NCBI GenBank assembly: GCA_022482925.1
Contig: JAKVOG010000008.1
Span: forward strand, 73,245 to 137,244
Length of the DNA stretch: 64,000 nucleotides
Direction: 5' to 3'
From: Selenomonas sp.
GTDB lineage: Bacteria; Bacillota; Negativicutes; Selenomonadales; Selenomonadaceae
Part shown: positions 40,564 through 50,276 of the stretch, piece by piece
Layout: each line of letters starts with the position of its first letter
Position numbering within the stretch: position 1 is the stretch's first letter
Position numbers and translations under genes: made by a program
The notes under the pieces: generated by a model
Told to the model about the DNA's origin: nothing
The model's database searches: none
What the model saw: only the letters and a program-made list of their open reading frames with translations

Positions 40564-41864
40564 TGTTTGATGCAAACACCGCCATCGCTTTATTATTTGG
40601 TACTTTCTTTCTATTTATTATCTGCCGGCTCCCAATCACCTTTGCACTGGCTGGTTCGACAGCCCTCACGATGCTTTATGTGAACGTGCCGCTCATGTCG
40701 CTGGTTCAGCAGATGAGTAAGTCCATCAACAGCTTTTCGCTGATGGCCATTCCGTTCTTCATCCTGGCTGGTGAGATCATGTGCGTCGGTGGTATCGCTG
40801 ACCGTCTGCTGGCCTTCGCCAATGTGCTGGTCGGCCGGTTCCGTGGCGGACTGTCGCATGTAAATGTTGTTGCCAGTATGTTCTTTGGCGGCATTTCCGG
40901 TTCGGCTGTTGCCGATGTTTCTTCGCTGGGTTCGGTCGAGATCCCGATGATGGTCAAGGCTGGCTATACGCCGGAGTTCTCCACGGCCATCACGGTTACG
41001 GGTGCCTGCCAGGGCGTCCTCATTCCGCCAAGCCATAATATGATCATCTATTCGCTGGCTGCCGGCGGTGTATCAGTCGGTGCCCTCTTCCTGGGAGGTT
41101 TTATCCCGGGCGTACTGCTTGGTGTCTGCCTGCTGGTCGTATCGGTCTATATGTCCGTGAAACATAAATATCCGAAAGGAAAGGCCGTTACCTTCAAGGA
41201 AGGTCTGATGATCACCAAAGATGCACTGCTCGCATTGGGCACGGCACTCATCATCTTCTTCGGCACGGCACTTGGTTTCTTTACGGCTACCGAGTCGGCA
41301 GCCATCGCCTGCATCTATGCCTTCATCGTTTCCTTCTTTTTCTATCGGGAACTCAAAATACACATGATCCCGAAAGTGCTCATGAACACGGTCAAGACGA
41401 TTGCCATGGTATTCAGCCTGATCGCTGCTGCTGGTGCATTCGGCTGGATGATGGCTTTCCTCAAGGTACCGACCATCATCACACATGGCGTTCTGAGCAT
41501 CAGTGACAACCCAATCATCATTCTGCTGGCAATGAACGTGCTGCTGCTCTTCCTGGGCGCAGTCATGGATATGGCTCCGCTGATCGTTATCATGACGCCG
41601 ATCCTGCTGCCGGTTGCTACCGCCTGTGGCATGAGCGCAGTCCAGTTCGGTGTCATGCTCATCTATAACCTGGCAATCGGCCTTTGCACGCCGCCGGTTG
41701 GTTCCGCCTTGTTCGTCGGCTGCGGCATCTCGAAGCTGTCCCTGGAAAAAGTGGGAAAGACCATGTTGCCAATGTATGTTGCCATGCTGGTCGGCCTGAT
41801 GCTGGTTACATTCCTGCCCCAGTTGTCGACGGCACTGCCAATGGCTATGGGTGTGATGAAGTAA
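40563..41864 (+). CDS. dctM: TRAP large permease
   Basis: MAIPFFILAGE, FGGISGSAVAD, IPPSHNMI, FTATESA, CTPPVGSALF. Confidence 0.95.
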   Translation: MFDANTAIALLFGTFFLFIICRLPITFALAGSTALTMLYVNVPLMSLVQQMSKSINSFSLMAIPFFILAGEIMCVGGIADRLLAFANVLVGRFRGGLSHVNVVASMFFGGISGSAVADVSSLGSVEIPMMVKAGYTPEFSTAITVTGACQGVLIPPSHNMIIYSLAAGGVSVGALFLGGFIPGVLLGVCLLVVSVYMSVKHKYPKGKAVTFKEGLMITKDALLALGTALIIFFGTALGFFTATESAAIACIYAFIVSFFFYRELKIHMIPKVLMNTVKTIAMVFSLIAAAGAFGWMMAFLKVPTIITHGVLSISDNPIIILLAMNVLLLFLGAVMDMAPLIVIMTPILLPVATACGMSAVQFGVMLIYNLAIGLCTPPVGSALFVGCGISKLSLEKVGKTMLPMYVAMLVGLMLVTFLPQLSTALPMAMGVMK

Positions 41865-41884
41865 GCGGAAATACGCGAAAAACG

Positions 41885-41930
41885 TTGACAATAAAAGAGA
41901 AAAGATTTACAATAAGTGTAAGAGCTTACA
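41885..41930 (+). promoter_or_regulatory. Internal uxaC promoter with operator
   Basis: TTGACA-17 nt-TACAAT at 41885-41913; TGTAAGAGCTTACA at 41917-41930. Confidence 0.8.
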
Positions 41931-41972
41931 GAGAATGTAACATAGCGATGAATCGTGTTAAAGGAGGTTACA

Positions 41973-43385
41973 ATGATGAAACAGTTTATGGATGAGGATT
42001 TCCTGCTGCAGACGGAAACAGCGAAGAAACTCTATCATGAGCATGCGGCGAAGATGCCGATCATTGACTATCATTGCCATATCAGCCCGCGGGAGATTGC
42101 CGAGGATCACCGTTTCCGGGATATCACCGAGGTCTGGCTTGGCGGCGACCATTATAAATGGCGCATGATCCGCACCAATGGCGTAGAGGAAAAGTATATC
42201 ACGGGTGAGAAGTCCACGGCGCGTGAGAAATTCCAGAAATTCGCGGAAGCACTGCCACGGGCTATCGGCAATCCGCTGTATCACTGGACGCACCTTGAAC
42301 TCAAACGCTATTTCGGCTGTGACAAGCAGCTCAATGGCGATACGGCGGAGGAGATCTGGAATCTCTGCAACGAGAAGCTGAAGCAGCCGGACATGAGCGT
42401 CCAGGGGCTGATCCGTCAGTCCAATGTCAAGGTGATCTGCACGACCGATGATCCGGCTGATGACCTGAAATGGCATAAGCAGATCAAAGAAGAAGGCAAA
42501 TGCTCGGCTAAGGTCCTGCCGGCCATGCGTCCGGACAAGGCCATGCGCATCGAGAAACCGGATTGGGACAACTACATGCAGTATGAGCTCGGAACGGCTG
42601 CCGGCGTAGAGATCAGCACGATGCAGGACATTCGCGATGCGCTGTCCAAACGCATCGAGTTCTTCGCTTCGATGGGCTGCAAGGCATCCGATCATGCGCT
42701 GGAATATGTATTCTACAATCCGGCCGAGGAATATGAGCTTGACGATATCGTCGGCAAGGTCATCAACGGCAAAGGCGTACCATCTAAAGACGAGATCGAG
42801 AAATACAAGACGGCGCTGCTGTTGTTCCTGGGCAAAGAATATGCCCGCCGCGGCTGGGCCATGCAGATCCATTACTCGGCGCTGCGCGACAACAACTCGG
42901 TCATGTTCGACCGCCTCGGACCGGATACGGGCTTTGACTGCATTGCCACGTACAACTGCGGCGAAGGCCTCGTAAATCTCCTGAATGCCCTTAATAAGGA
43001 TGGGAATCTGCCGAAACTGGTCATCTACTCGCTGAATCCTGCCGATAATGCCATGATCGGTACGATCCTCGGTTCCTTCCAGGGACCGGAAGTGCCAGGC
43101 AAGATCCAGCAGGGTGCAGCCTGGTGGTTCAATGATACCAAACTCGGGATGGAAGCACAGCTGGCCAATGTCGGCAACCTGTCCGTCCTCGGCAACGCAC
43201 TGGGCATGCTGACGGATTCCCGTTCCTTCCTGTCCTATACGCGTCATGAGTATTATCGCCGCATCCTTTGCAACTTCATCGGCAATCTGGTGGAGAATGG
43301 CGAATACCCGGCCGACATGAAATTCCTCGGGCAGATCGTTGAAGACATCAGCTACAATAATGCCGATCGTTACTTTGGATTCTAA
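41973..43385 (+). CDS. uxaC: Uronate isomerase
   Basis: PIIDYHCH, GDHYKWR, GNPLYHWTHLEL, GAAWWFND, GMLTDSRSFLSY.RHEY.RR. Confidence 0.98.
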   Translation: MMKQFMDEDFLLQTETAKKLYHEHAAKMPIIDYHCHISPREIAEDHRFRDITEVWLGGDHYKWRMIRTNGVEEKYITGEKSTAREKFQKFAEALPRAIGNPLYHWTHLELKRYFGCDKQLNGDTAEEIWNLCNEKLKQPDMSVQGLIRQSNVKVICTTDDPADDLKWHKQIKEEGKCSAKVLPAMRPDKAMRIEKPDWDNYMQYELGTAAGVEISTMQDIRDALSKRIEFFASMGCKASDHALEYVFYNPAEEYELDDIVGKVINGKGVPSKDEIEKYKTALLLFLGKEYARRGWAMQIHYSALRDNNSVMFDRLGPDTGFDCIATYNCGEGLVNLLNALNKDGNLPKLVIYSLNPADNAMIGTILGSFQGPEVPGKIQQGAAWWFNDTKLGMEAQLANVGNLSVLGNALGMLTDSRSFLSYTRHEYYRRILCNFIGNLVENGEYPADMKFLGQIVEDISYNNADRYFGF

Positions 43386-43452
43386 GCTGTAAAATGCCAG
43401 TGTGTTGATGCATTGGCAGCCCTCCCTTTTCCGGGAGGGTCAGCTGCCTTAT

Positions 43453-43466
43453 GTAAAACGGTTTAC
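43453..43466. promoter_or_regulatory. LacI-type operator of the GTAAACCGGTTTAC family upstream of uxaB
   Basis: GTAAAACGGTTTAC, matching the sites in the kdg cluster. Confidence 0.6.
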
Positions 43467-43515
43467 TAATGAAAATTTTCACCATATATCAGTAATAGAA
43501 AAGGAGCGTTATTCC

Positions 43516-44979
43516 ATGAAAAAGGTCAATGAATTGAAACAAAGAGTGTCCCGTCCGATTAAAGTAATGCAGTTTGGCGAGGGCAACTTCCTGCGCGCAT
43601 TCGTCGATTATGGGATCGATGTAGCCAATGAGGAACTTGGTTTCAATAGTAATGTTGCCATCATCGTGCCGATCTCCGGCAAACCGGCACGTTTCGCCAA
43701 TCAGGACAACATCTACACGGTCTGCCTGCGCGGCCAGAAAGATGGCAAGGCCTTCAAGGAAGACCGTATCGTGACCTGCGTGGAAAAAGTGCTCGGCGCT
43801 TATGAGGACTATGAGGAATTCATGGGCCTGGCTCATCTGGACTCGCTTCAGTTCGTCGTATCCAACACGACCGAAGCCGGTATCGTCTATGAGGATGGCG
43901 ACAAGCTTTCCGACTGCCCGCCGAAGACCTATCCGGCCAAGCTCACGAAGTTCCTCTATGAGCGTTACAACCATTACCATGGTGCTGCCGACAAGGCGCT
44001 CACGATGCTGCCGGTTGAGCTTATCGATCACAATGGGGAAAACCTCAAGAAATGCGTCATGCAGTATGTCGATCTCTGGAAACTCGAGGATGAGTTCCGC
44101 ACCTGGCTTGACAAGGACTGCATCTTTGCCAGCACGCTGGTTGACCGCATTGTAACCGGTTATCCACGTGCCGAGGCAGCTAAGATGTGTGAAGAACTCG
44201 GCTATGATGATGAACTGCTCGACCAGGCAGAGCCATTCGGCCTCTGGGTCATCGGCGATGCCCGCGTAGCGGATAAGTTCCATGTATCGACGAACAAATG
44301 GCATGTTGAGTTCACCGATAAGATCGAGATGTTCAAGGAGCGCAAAGTCCGCATCCTCAATGGTGCGCATACGTCGATGGTGCTGGGCGCTTACCTGGCT
44401 GGCTTCGACTATGTCGGCCAGTGCATGGCTGATCCGGCTGTACGTGCACAGCTTGACCAGAGCGTCTATGGCGAGATCGTACCGACGGTCCATATGCCGA
44501 AGGAGAAAGCGGAAGAATTCGCGACGGCAGTATTCGAGCGTTTCGAGAACCCGTTCGTCAAGCATGCCCTGCTCTCCATTTCGCTGAACTCCATCTCCAA
44601 ATGGCGTGCCCGCGTACTGCCAAGCTTCAAAGACAGCATTGCTAATAACGGCGGCAAGCTGCCGAAATGGCTCACCTACTCCTATGCAGCTTTGCTGGCA
44701 TTCTATCATACGACGGAGAAGGGCGAGAAATGCCTGATCGGCTCTCGCGGAACGAATACCTATGAGATCCATGATGATGCCGATAAACTGGACAAGATTG
44801 CCGGCTGGGCAGCACTGCCGGACGACAAATATATCCATAATATCATGACGCAGACGGAATGGTGGGGCGAAGACCTCACGCAGATTGCCGGCTTCGAGAA
44901 AGCCGTAGCTGGTCACTTCAGCCGCATTGCTGAAGTCGGTGCCAAAGCGCACATTGCTGAGCTGGGCAAACAGGAGTAA
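43516..44979 (+). CDS. uxaB: Tagaturonate reductase (altronate oxidoreductase)
   Basis: QFGEGNFLRAF, SNTTEAGI, LVDRIVTGYP, RKVRILNGAHT, RFENPF. Confidence 0.96.
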   Translation: MKKVNELKQRVSRPIKVMQFGEGNFLRAFVDYGIDVANEELGFNSNVAIIVPISGKPARFANQDNIYTVCLRGQKDGKAFKEDRIVTCVEKVLGAYEDYEEFMGLAHLDSLQFVVSNTTEAGIVYEDGDKLSDCPPKTYPAKLTKFLYERYNHYHGAADKALTMLPVELIDHNGENLKKCVMQYVDLWKLEDEFRTWLDKDCIFASTLVDRIVTGYPRAEAAKMCEELGYDDELLDQAEPFGLWVIGDARVADKFHVSTNKWHVEFTDKIEMFKERKVRILNGAHTSMVLGAYLAGFDYVGQCMADPAVRAQLDQSVYGEIVPTVHMPKEKAEEFATAVFERFENPFVKHALLSISLNSISKWRARVLPSFKDSIANNGGKLPKWLTYSYAALLAFYHTTEKGEKCLIGSRGTNTYEIHDDADKLDKIAGWAALPDDKYIHNIMTQTEWWGEDLTQIAGFEKAVAGHFSRIAEVGAKAHIAELGKQE

Positions 44980-44984
44980 GAGCC

Positions 44985-46479
44985 ATGGCAAAGATTTTCA
45001 GGATACATGAAGCAGATAACGTAGCGGTGGCCGTTGAGGCCATCGCCAAGGGCGAGACCGTTACACTGGCTGGTGAGAACTATACGGCAGCCAGCGATAT
45101 CCCCGCCGGTCACAAGATGGCCATCCAGCCGATCAAGGCCGGGGAAAAGGTCGTCAAGTACGGTTTCCCGATCGGCACGGCCAAAGCAGACGTACCGGCA
45201 GGCACCTGGATGCACAGCCATAACGTCAAGAGCCGGCTGGGCAGCCTGCTGTCCTATAACTATGAGCCGGAACTGGCCGGTGACACGGCGGTGAAGAATG
45301 ACCATGCCTATACGTTCATGGGCTATGGCCGTCCGGATGGCCGGGCAGGCATCCGCAACGAAGTCTGGATCGTTCCGACGGTCGGCTGCGTCAATGCGAT
45401 TGCCCGTACCATCGAGGATGAGTCCCAGCAGTTTAAGACTCCGCACATCGATGGCATCTATGCCTACAACCATCCGCATGGCTGCTCTCAGCTCGGCGAC
45501 GATCAGCTGCATACGCAGAAGATCCTGGCCGGACTCGTTCACAGCCCGAATGCGGGCGCGGTACTCGTGCTGTCCCTGGGCTGTGAGAACAACCAGGTCG
45601 CACTCATGAAAGAAGCCATCGGCGACTATGATGAAGACCGGGTCAAGTTCCTGGTCTGTCAGGAAGTCGAGGACGAAGCCGCAGCCGGCGTGAGCATCAT
45701 GAAAGAGCTCTGTCAGTATGCCGATCGTTTCCATCGCACCGAGCAGCCAGCCAGCAAACTGGTCCTGGGACTCAAATGCGGCGGCTCGGACGGATTCTCA
45801 GGCATCACGGCCAACCCGCTCGTCGGCATGATCTCCAACAAGATCGTAGCCACCGGCGGCACGACCATCCTGACCGAGGTCCCGGAGATGTTCGGCGCAG
45901 AGACTCTGCTCATGAACCGTTGCAAGGACAAGGCGACGTTCGACAAGACCGTCAAGCTCATCAACGATTTCAAATCGTACTTCATGCGCTATGGTGAGAA
46001 GGTCGACGAGAACCCATCGCCGGGCAACAAGGCGGGCGGCATCACGACGCTGGAAGACAAGTCGCTGGGCTGTGTCCAGAAAGGCGGCAAAGCCGCCGTA
46101 CAGGATGTGCTCTCGTATGGTGACCGGGCCGAGGAAAAAGGCCTGCTGCTGCTGCAGGGCCCGGGCAACGATCTCGTTGCAGCCAATGCACTGGCCGCGG
46201 CCGGTGCCCATATCGTGCTCTTCACGACCGGACGCGGTACCCCCCTTTGCCAGTCCGGTGCCAACCGTCAAGATCGCCAGCAACTCAAAGCTGGCGGCCT
46301 TCAAGAACAACTGGATCGACTTCAACGCCGGCCAGCTGCTCGAAGGACGGAGCATGGACGATGTCAGTGAGGAATTCATGCAGTATATCCTCGACGTCGC
46401 CTCCGGCCGCAAACAGGCCAAATCCGAACAACTGGATAAACATGAGCTGGCTATCTTCAAAGATGGCGTAACGCTCTGA
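44985..46479 (+). CDS. uxaA: Altronate dehydratase, frameshift near 46245 (C-run)
   Basis: SAF domain (DNVAVA, GHKMA, KYG.PIG), HPHGCSQLG, LKCGGSDG, ENPSPGNKAGG, FTTGRGTP; C-terminus FKDGVTL in another frame. Confidence 0.96.
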
Positions 46480-46486
46480 ATTTTTC

Positions 46487-46517
46487 AGTCCCTTCCTCAC
46501 AGAAGGGGCTTTTTTTA
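46487..46517 (+). terminator. Intrinsic terminator after uxaA
   Basis: agtcccttc-ctcaca-gaaggggct followed by a T-run. Confidence 0.8.
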
Positions 46518-46642
46518 TGGGCGAACCTATGGCGGTAGTAAGCTGCAGCCTCAATATTTTTCGGTCAGGCAGGAAAAATGTTATGTGGCAGAGAATGTTG
46601 TAGATACAGATAAAAAGAATCCGAATGAAGGAGTGAGCAGAT

Positions 46643-47056
46643 ATGGCAGGAAAAATCAAGAACTGTCCAATGTGCGGTAAATTGTTTGCCGATAATGGTG
46701 CACGTGTTTGTCCGGAATGTTATGACAAGATCCAGAAGAAAGAAGCAGAGATCATCAATTATGTCCGTGATAATCCGAAAAGCAAGGTCACAGAAATCGT
46801 TGAAGCTACCGGTGCATCCGAGAAGATGATCAAGAAAATGATCCGTGAGGGCCGGTTTATTCAGGTCGGGGTCAAGATGAGTTATCCTTGTGAAAAATGC
46901 GGTGCTCCGATCATTACCGGTCGTATCTGTCATAAATGCATGGAAGAGATGAGAGGGACATTGCAGAAGCAGACGTCAGCAATCACTGCTGCCAGGCAGG
47001 CGGCCAAAGCGGCTCGCGGGCATGGGATGTATTCAAAAAATCCGTCAGATCGTTAG
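46643..47056 (+). CDS. Flagellar operon zinc-ribbon protein (YvyF-like)
   Basis: CPMCGKLF...CPEC; IREGR; CEKCG...GRIC..C; upstream of flgM. Confidence 0.88.
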   Translation: MAGKIKNCPMCGKLFADNGARVCPECYDKIQKKEAEIINYVRDNPKSKVTEIVEATGASEKMIKKMIREGRFIQVGVKMSYPCEKCGAPIITGRICHKCMEEMRGTLQKQTSAITAARQAAKAARGHGMYSKNPSDR

Positions 47057-47123
47057 AAAGACGTAAAAGGCAGTAAAATGCTGAAAAACGGAGAAAAAAA
47101 AGGATATAGGAAGATAATGACCA

Positions 47124-47162
47124 AAAAGCAGGAGTTAAGGCTCCTGCCTTTTTTTTCGATAG
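47124..47162 (+). promoter_or_regulatory. Intrinsic terminator overlapping a probable sigma-28 promoter for flgM
   Basis: Stem gcaggag/ctcctgc with T-run; TAAG (47136)-15 nt-TTCGATAG (47155). Confidence 0.55.
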
Positions 47163-47241
47163 AATAACTAGAAGACATTAGAAGGATCTGCTAAAGGTCC
47201 TATAGACGTCCAATCCAATAAATGACAGGTGGTGAAATCGA

Positions 47242-47520
47242 ATGCTAATCAACAACAACATCCAGGCAGTAACCGGGGCTTATAATGTCAGCACTTCAAC
47301 GTCCGCACGGCACACCAGTAAAACGGAGGCCGCAAAGGATGCAGATGAGGTTCAGCTCTCAACGGGAGTACAGAGTTTCAGTGGACTGCTTCAGCAACTG
47401 CGTGGGACGGATGCGACGCGTTCTGAGAAGGTATCAGCACTCAGTCAGCAGATGGCAGATGGCAGCTATAGCGTAAAAGCAGAGAACATTGCCAGCAGTC
47501 TGCTTGACACGCGCTTTTGA
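47242..47520 (+). CDS. flgM: Anti-sigma-28 factor
   Basis: DEVQLS, RSEKVSAL...GSYSV.AENIA. Confidence 0.92.
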   Translation: MLINNNIQAVTGAYNVSTSTSARHTSKTEAAKDADEVQLSTGVQSFSGLLQQLRGTDATRSEKVSALSQQMADGSYSVKAENIASSLLDTRF

Positions 47521-47551
47521 GGAATCCGCTTAGTGGGGACGGAGGAAGGAT

Positions 47552-48036
47552 ATGTGGCAGGAACTTGCAGCAACATTGAATGAACTGAATAAGATCTATC
47601 AGCAGATGCTGGAGCTAGGCAAGCGCAAACGAACGGTTCTTGTCACACTTGACATGAAAGCGCTGGAAGCCATCATCAAAGAGGAAGAGCCATTGGTCCG
47701 CCGAATCAATGCGCTGGAACAGGATCGTCAGAAGGCACTGATCCATCTGGCTGTAGAGAACCGGAACATCACGAAAGACACGCAGATGGCGGAAGTGCTG
47801 AATCTGGCACCAAGCGAACTGCAGCCGGTCCTGCGGCCAGTTGTATCAGTCTTTGACGGTGAATACCGGAGCGGTCAGTGAACTGCGGATGGCAAAAATA
47901 TCCTGATCCGGGCCGCCATGAATGCTGCTGCTTATCATTTGAACCGCATTGGCGGGGCGAAAGGTAGAGCCTGCCTATGGCAAGGGTGGCGACGAAAGTG
48001 ATTTCACACCGTAAGAATTTCGAATTTGATGCATAG
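47552..48036 (+). CDS. flgN: FlgN export chaperone, frameshifted
   Basis: Helical, YQQMLELGKRK...LEQDR; C-terminus ...RKNFEFDA stop reached after shifts near 47835-48000. Confidence 0.8.
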
Positions 48037-48078
48037 GATTTGGACCTATATAATTTTTATGACGAGGGTGGGATAACG

Positions 48079-48548
48079 ATGGATGATGCAATCCGGCTGC
48101 TCCGGGCGGAGCTGCTGCTGACACAGGAATGCCTGGACAGGCTGCAGCGCATAAAGAGAATTCTGCAGGAAAATACGGACGGAGCAGAAGTGGAGTCGAC
48201 GGTTCAGACCATCCAGCCTATATTATCAGAACTGAGCCTGCTGGATACACGCAAACGTGAATTCTCCAGCGGGTGGGGAAGACGCGTATGACCGCATATG
48301 CGGCAGATCAGCCGGATTCTGTGGAAAGGAATACGGTACTGCATCTGCTGCAGAAGGTCCAGCAGGCGGAACGGACAATGCGTAAGGATTTGGATGATGC
48401 CAGGGAACTGTTGAAGCGCAGTAAGCAGTTCGTGGATTTCCATATCAATGTGATCACACAGACCGCTGCAAATGATACTTATGTACCACCAGGGACGGCT
48501 GAACTGGAGAACCGACGCGGAGTCAGGATGTTCGATGCGAATGTCTGA
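48079..48548 (+). CDS. Second FlgN-like protein, frameshift near 48265
   Basis: Helical; LLKRSKQFVDFHINVI...TY...MFDANV resembles a FlgN C-terminus. Confidence 0.65.
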
Positions 48549-48595
48549 TGGACGCAGCAATGATGCAATAATGCAACGAAGGAAAAGGTGATAAT

Positions 48596-50260
48596 ATGCG
48601 TTCAACATTTTCGGGCCTGAACACGATGGTCCGCGGCATATCCGGAAACCAGCTCTCGCTGGATACGGTAGGTCATAACATAACGAATGCCTCGACTACA
48701 GGTTATTCCCGTCAGAGCGTGAACCTGGCGGCGACCAGGGCTCAGGCAACATCTTCGCTTTATGGGGATGTCCTGGTGGGGTCTGGTGTTGACTCAACAT
48801 CCATCCAGCGTGCCCGCAATACCTATGCGGACAAACAGTTCTGGAGCGAGACGGCTACGCAGAACTACTACAAAACAAAACAAACCAATTATGACAAGGT
48901 GGAAGCAGTATTTGATGATTCTGATAATACTGGCATCCAGAATACGTTGAAAGAATTCTACAGTTCATGGTCTTCTCTTTCGACCAGTGCAAGTACATCG
49001 AGCAATCGTGTCTCGGTTATTTCCAAGGCACAGTCATTCATTGATTCGGTGAAGACGGCATCCAAGCAGCTGCAGAATCAGATTACTTCGAACTACGATG
49101 AACTGTCATCCGGCATCACGAAAATCAATAACATCACGAGCCAGATTACCCAGCTGAACCAGAACATCATGACGACAGAGGCCAATGGCGCCTCGGCCAA
49201 TGACCTCCGGGATCAGCGTGATAATCTTGTCGATGATCTGTCGAAGTATACGAACCTCAATGTTTACGAAGACAGCAACGGCATGTACAGCGTGGTATCA
49301 AATGGTGTTTCGTTGGTTAATGGTGTCAACAAACTGACCTTGCAGCTGTCTGATCCGATTGCCAACAGCACGTATGGAGTGAATGATTATAATATCCAGA
49401 TCAAGGAAGCCAACACGACGTTCATGCCGACCAATGGCATTCTGAAATCCCTTCAGGATACTATCGCAGAAGATAAGACCTACATCGATGGCCTGGCAAA
49501 TATCTCGGCAACCATGATGACGACGTTCAACACGCAGCATCAGCAGGGAGCCGGCATCGACAGCGCGGCATCATCCGGGCTGAATTTCTTTGGCAGCAAT
49601 GAGATGACCTATACCTGGGATGCGTCGAATAATGCAGTGGTTGCTACAGCAACTACCAGATCACAGACATCTTCGACTACGGATGGTGTGACAACCTACA
49701 CTCTGACTAAAACACAGGATTCCACTAAGACCACATCGCTGAAGGGAATCAATATCATCAATGCGATGACAGTGGCCAGTGAACTGACTGCTGCTGATGG
49801 TCAGAATCTGATTGCAGCCCGTGCATTGACAACAACGAATGTGGATACTTCCACAGCAGGTAAGACGATCACTACGTTTACCAGTAGTTCCCTGAATGGT
49901 ACAGCCGATGGTACGAATGCCGTCAATATCAGTGCATTGTTCAATATGGATCAGTCGAATACGGTAGATACGAAAACGACCAGAGCCATTGGTGAGATAT
50001 CCATCAATAACTACTATAATTCGATGACGTCACATCTGGGCAGTGACTCTGAAACTATGGATGATAAGGCCAGCTCACAGGATGATCTGATTACGCAGAT
50101 CACGAATTGGCGTTCCTCCACGTCTGGCGTCGACTGGAATGAGGAACTCACGAATATGATCAAGTTTCAGCAGGGCTACAGTGCCTGCTCGCGCTGCCTG
50201 ACGACAATGGATGAGATGCTGGATAAGCTGGTCAACAGTACGGGTACTGTCGGCAGATAA
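48596..50260 (+). CDS. flgK: Hook-associated protein 1
   Basis: GHNITNASTTGYSRQ, NDLRDQRD, SGVDWNEELTNMIKFQ. Confidence 0.97.
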   Translation: MRSTFSGLNTMVRGISGNQLSLDTVGHNITNASTTGYSRQSVNLAATRAQATSSLYGDVLVGSGVDSTSIQRARNTYADKQFWSETATQNYYKTKQTNYDKVEAVFDDSDNTGIQNTLKEFYSSWSSLSTSASTSSNRVSVISKAQSFIDSVKTASKQLQNQITSNYDELSSGITKINNITSQITQLNQNIMTTEANGASANDLRDQRDNLVDDLSKYTNLNVYEDSNGMYSVVSNGVSLVNGVNKLTLQLSDPIANSTYGVNDYNIQIKEANTTFMPTNGILKSLQDTIAEDKTYIDGLANISATMMTTFNTQHQQGAGIDSAASSGLNFFGSNEMTYTWDASNNAVVATATTRSQTSSTTDGVTTYTLTKTQDSTKTTSLKGINIINAMTVASELTAADGQNLIAARALTTTNVDTSTAGKTITTFTSSSLNGTADGTNAVNISALFNMDQSNTVDTKTTRAIGEISINNYYNSMTSHLGSDSETMDDKASSQDDLITQITNWRSSTSGVDWNEELTNMIKFQQGYSACSRCLTTMDEMLDKLVNSTGTVGR

Positions 50261-50276
50261 TGAGGAGTGAACAATA

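Noticed and set aside
46240-46250. Phase variation at the C-run in uxaA
   Set aside because: The run is short (about 5-6 C) and similar indels occur throughout the window.
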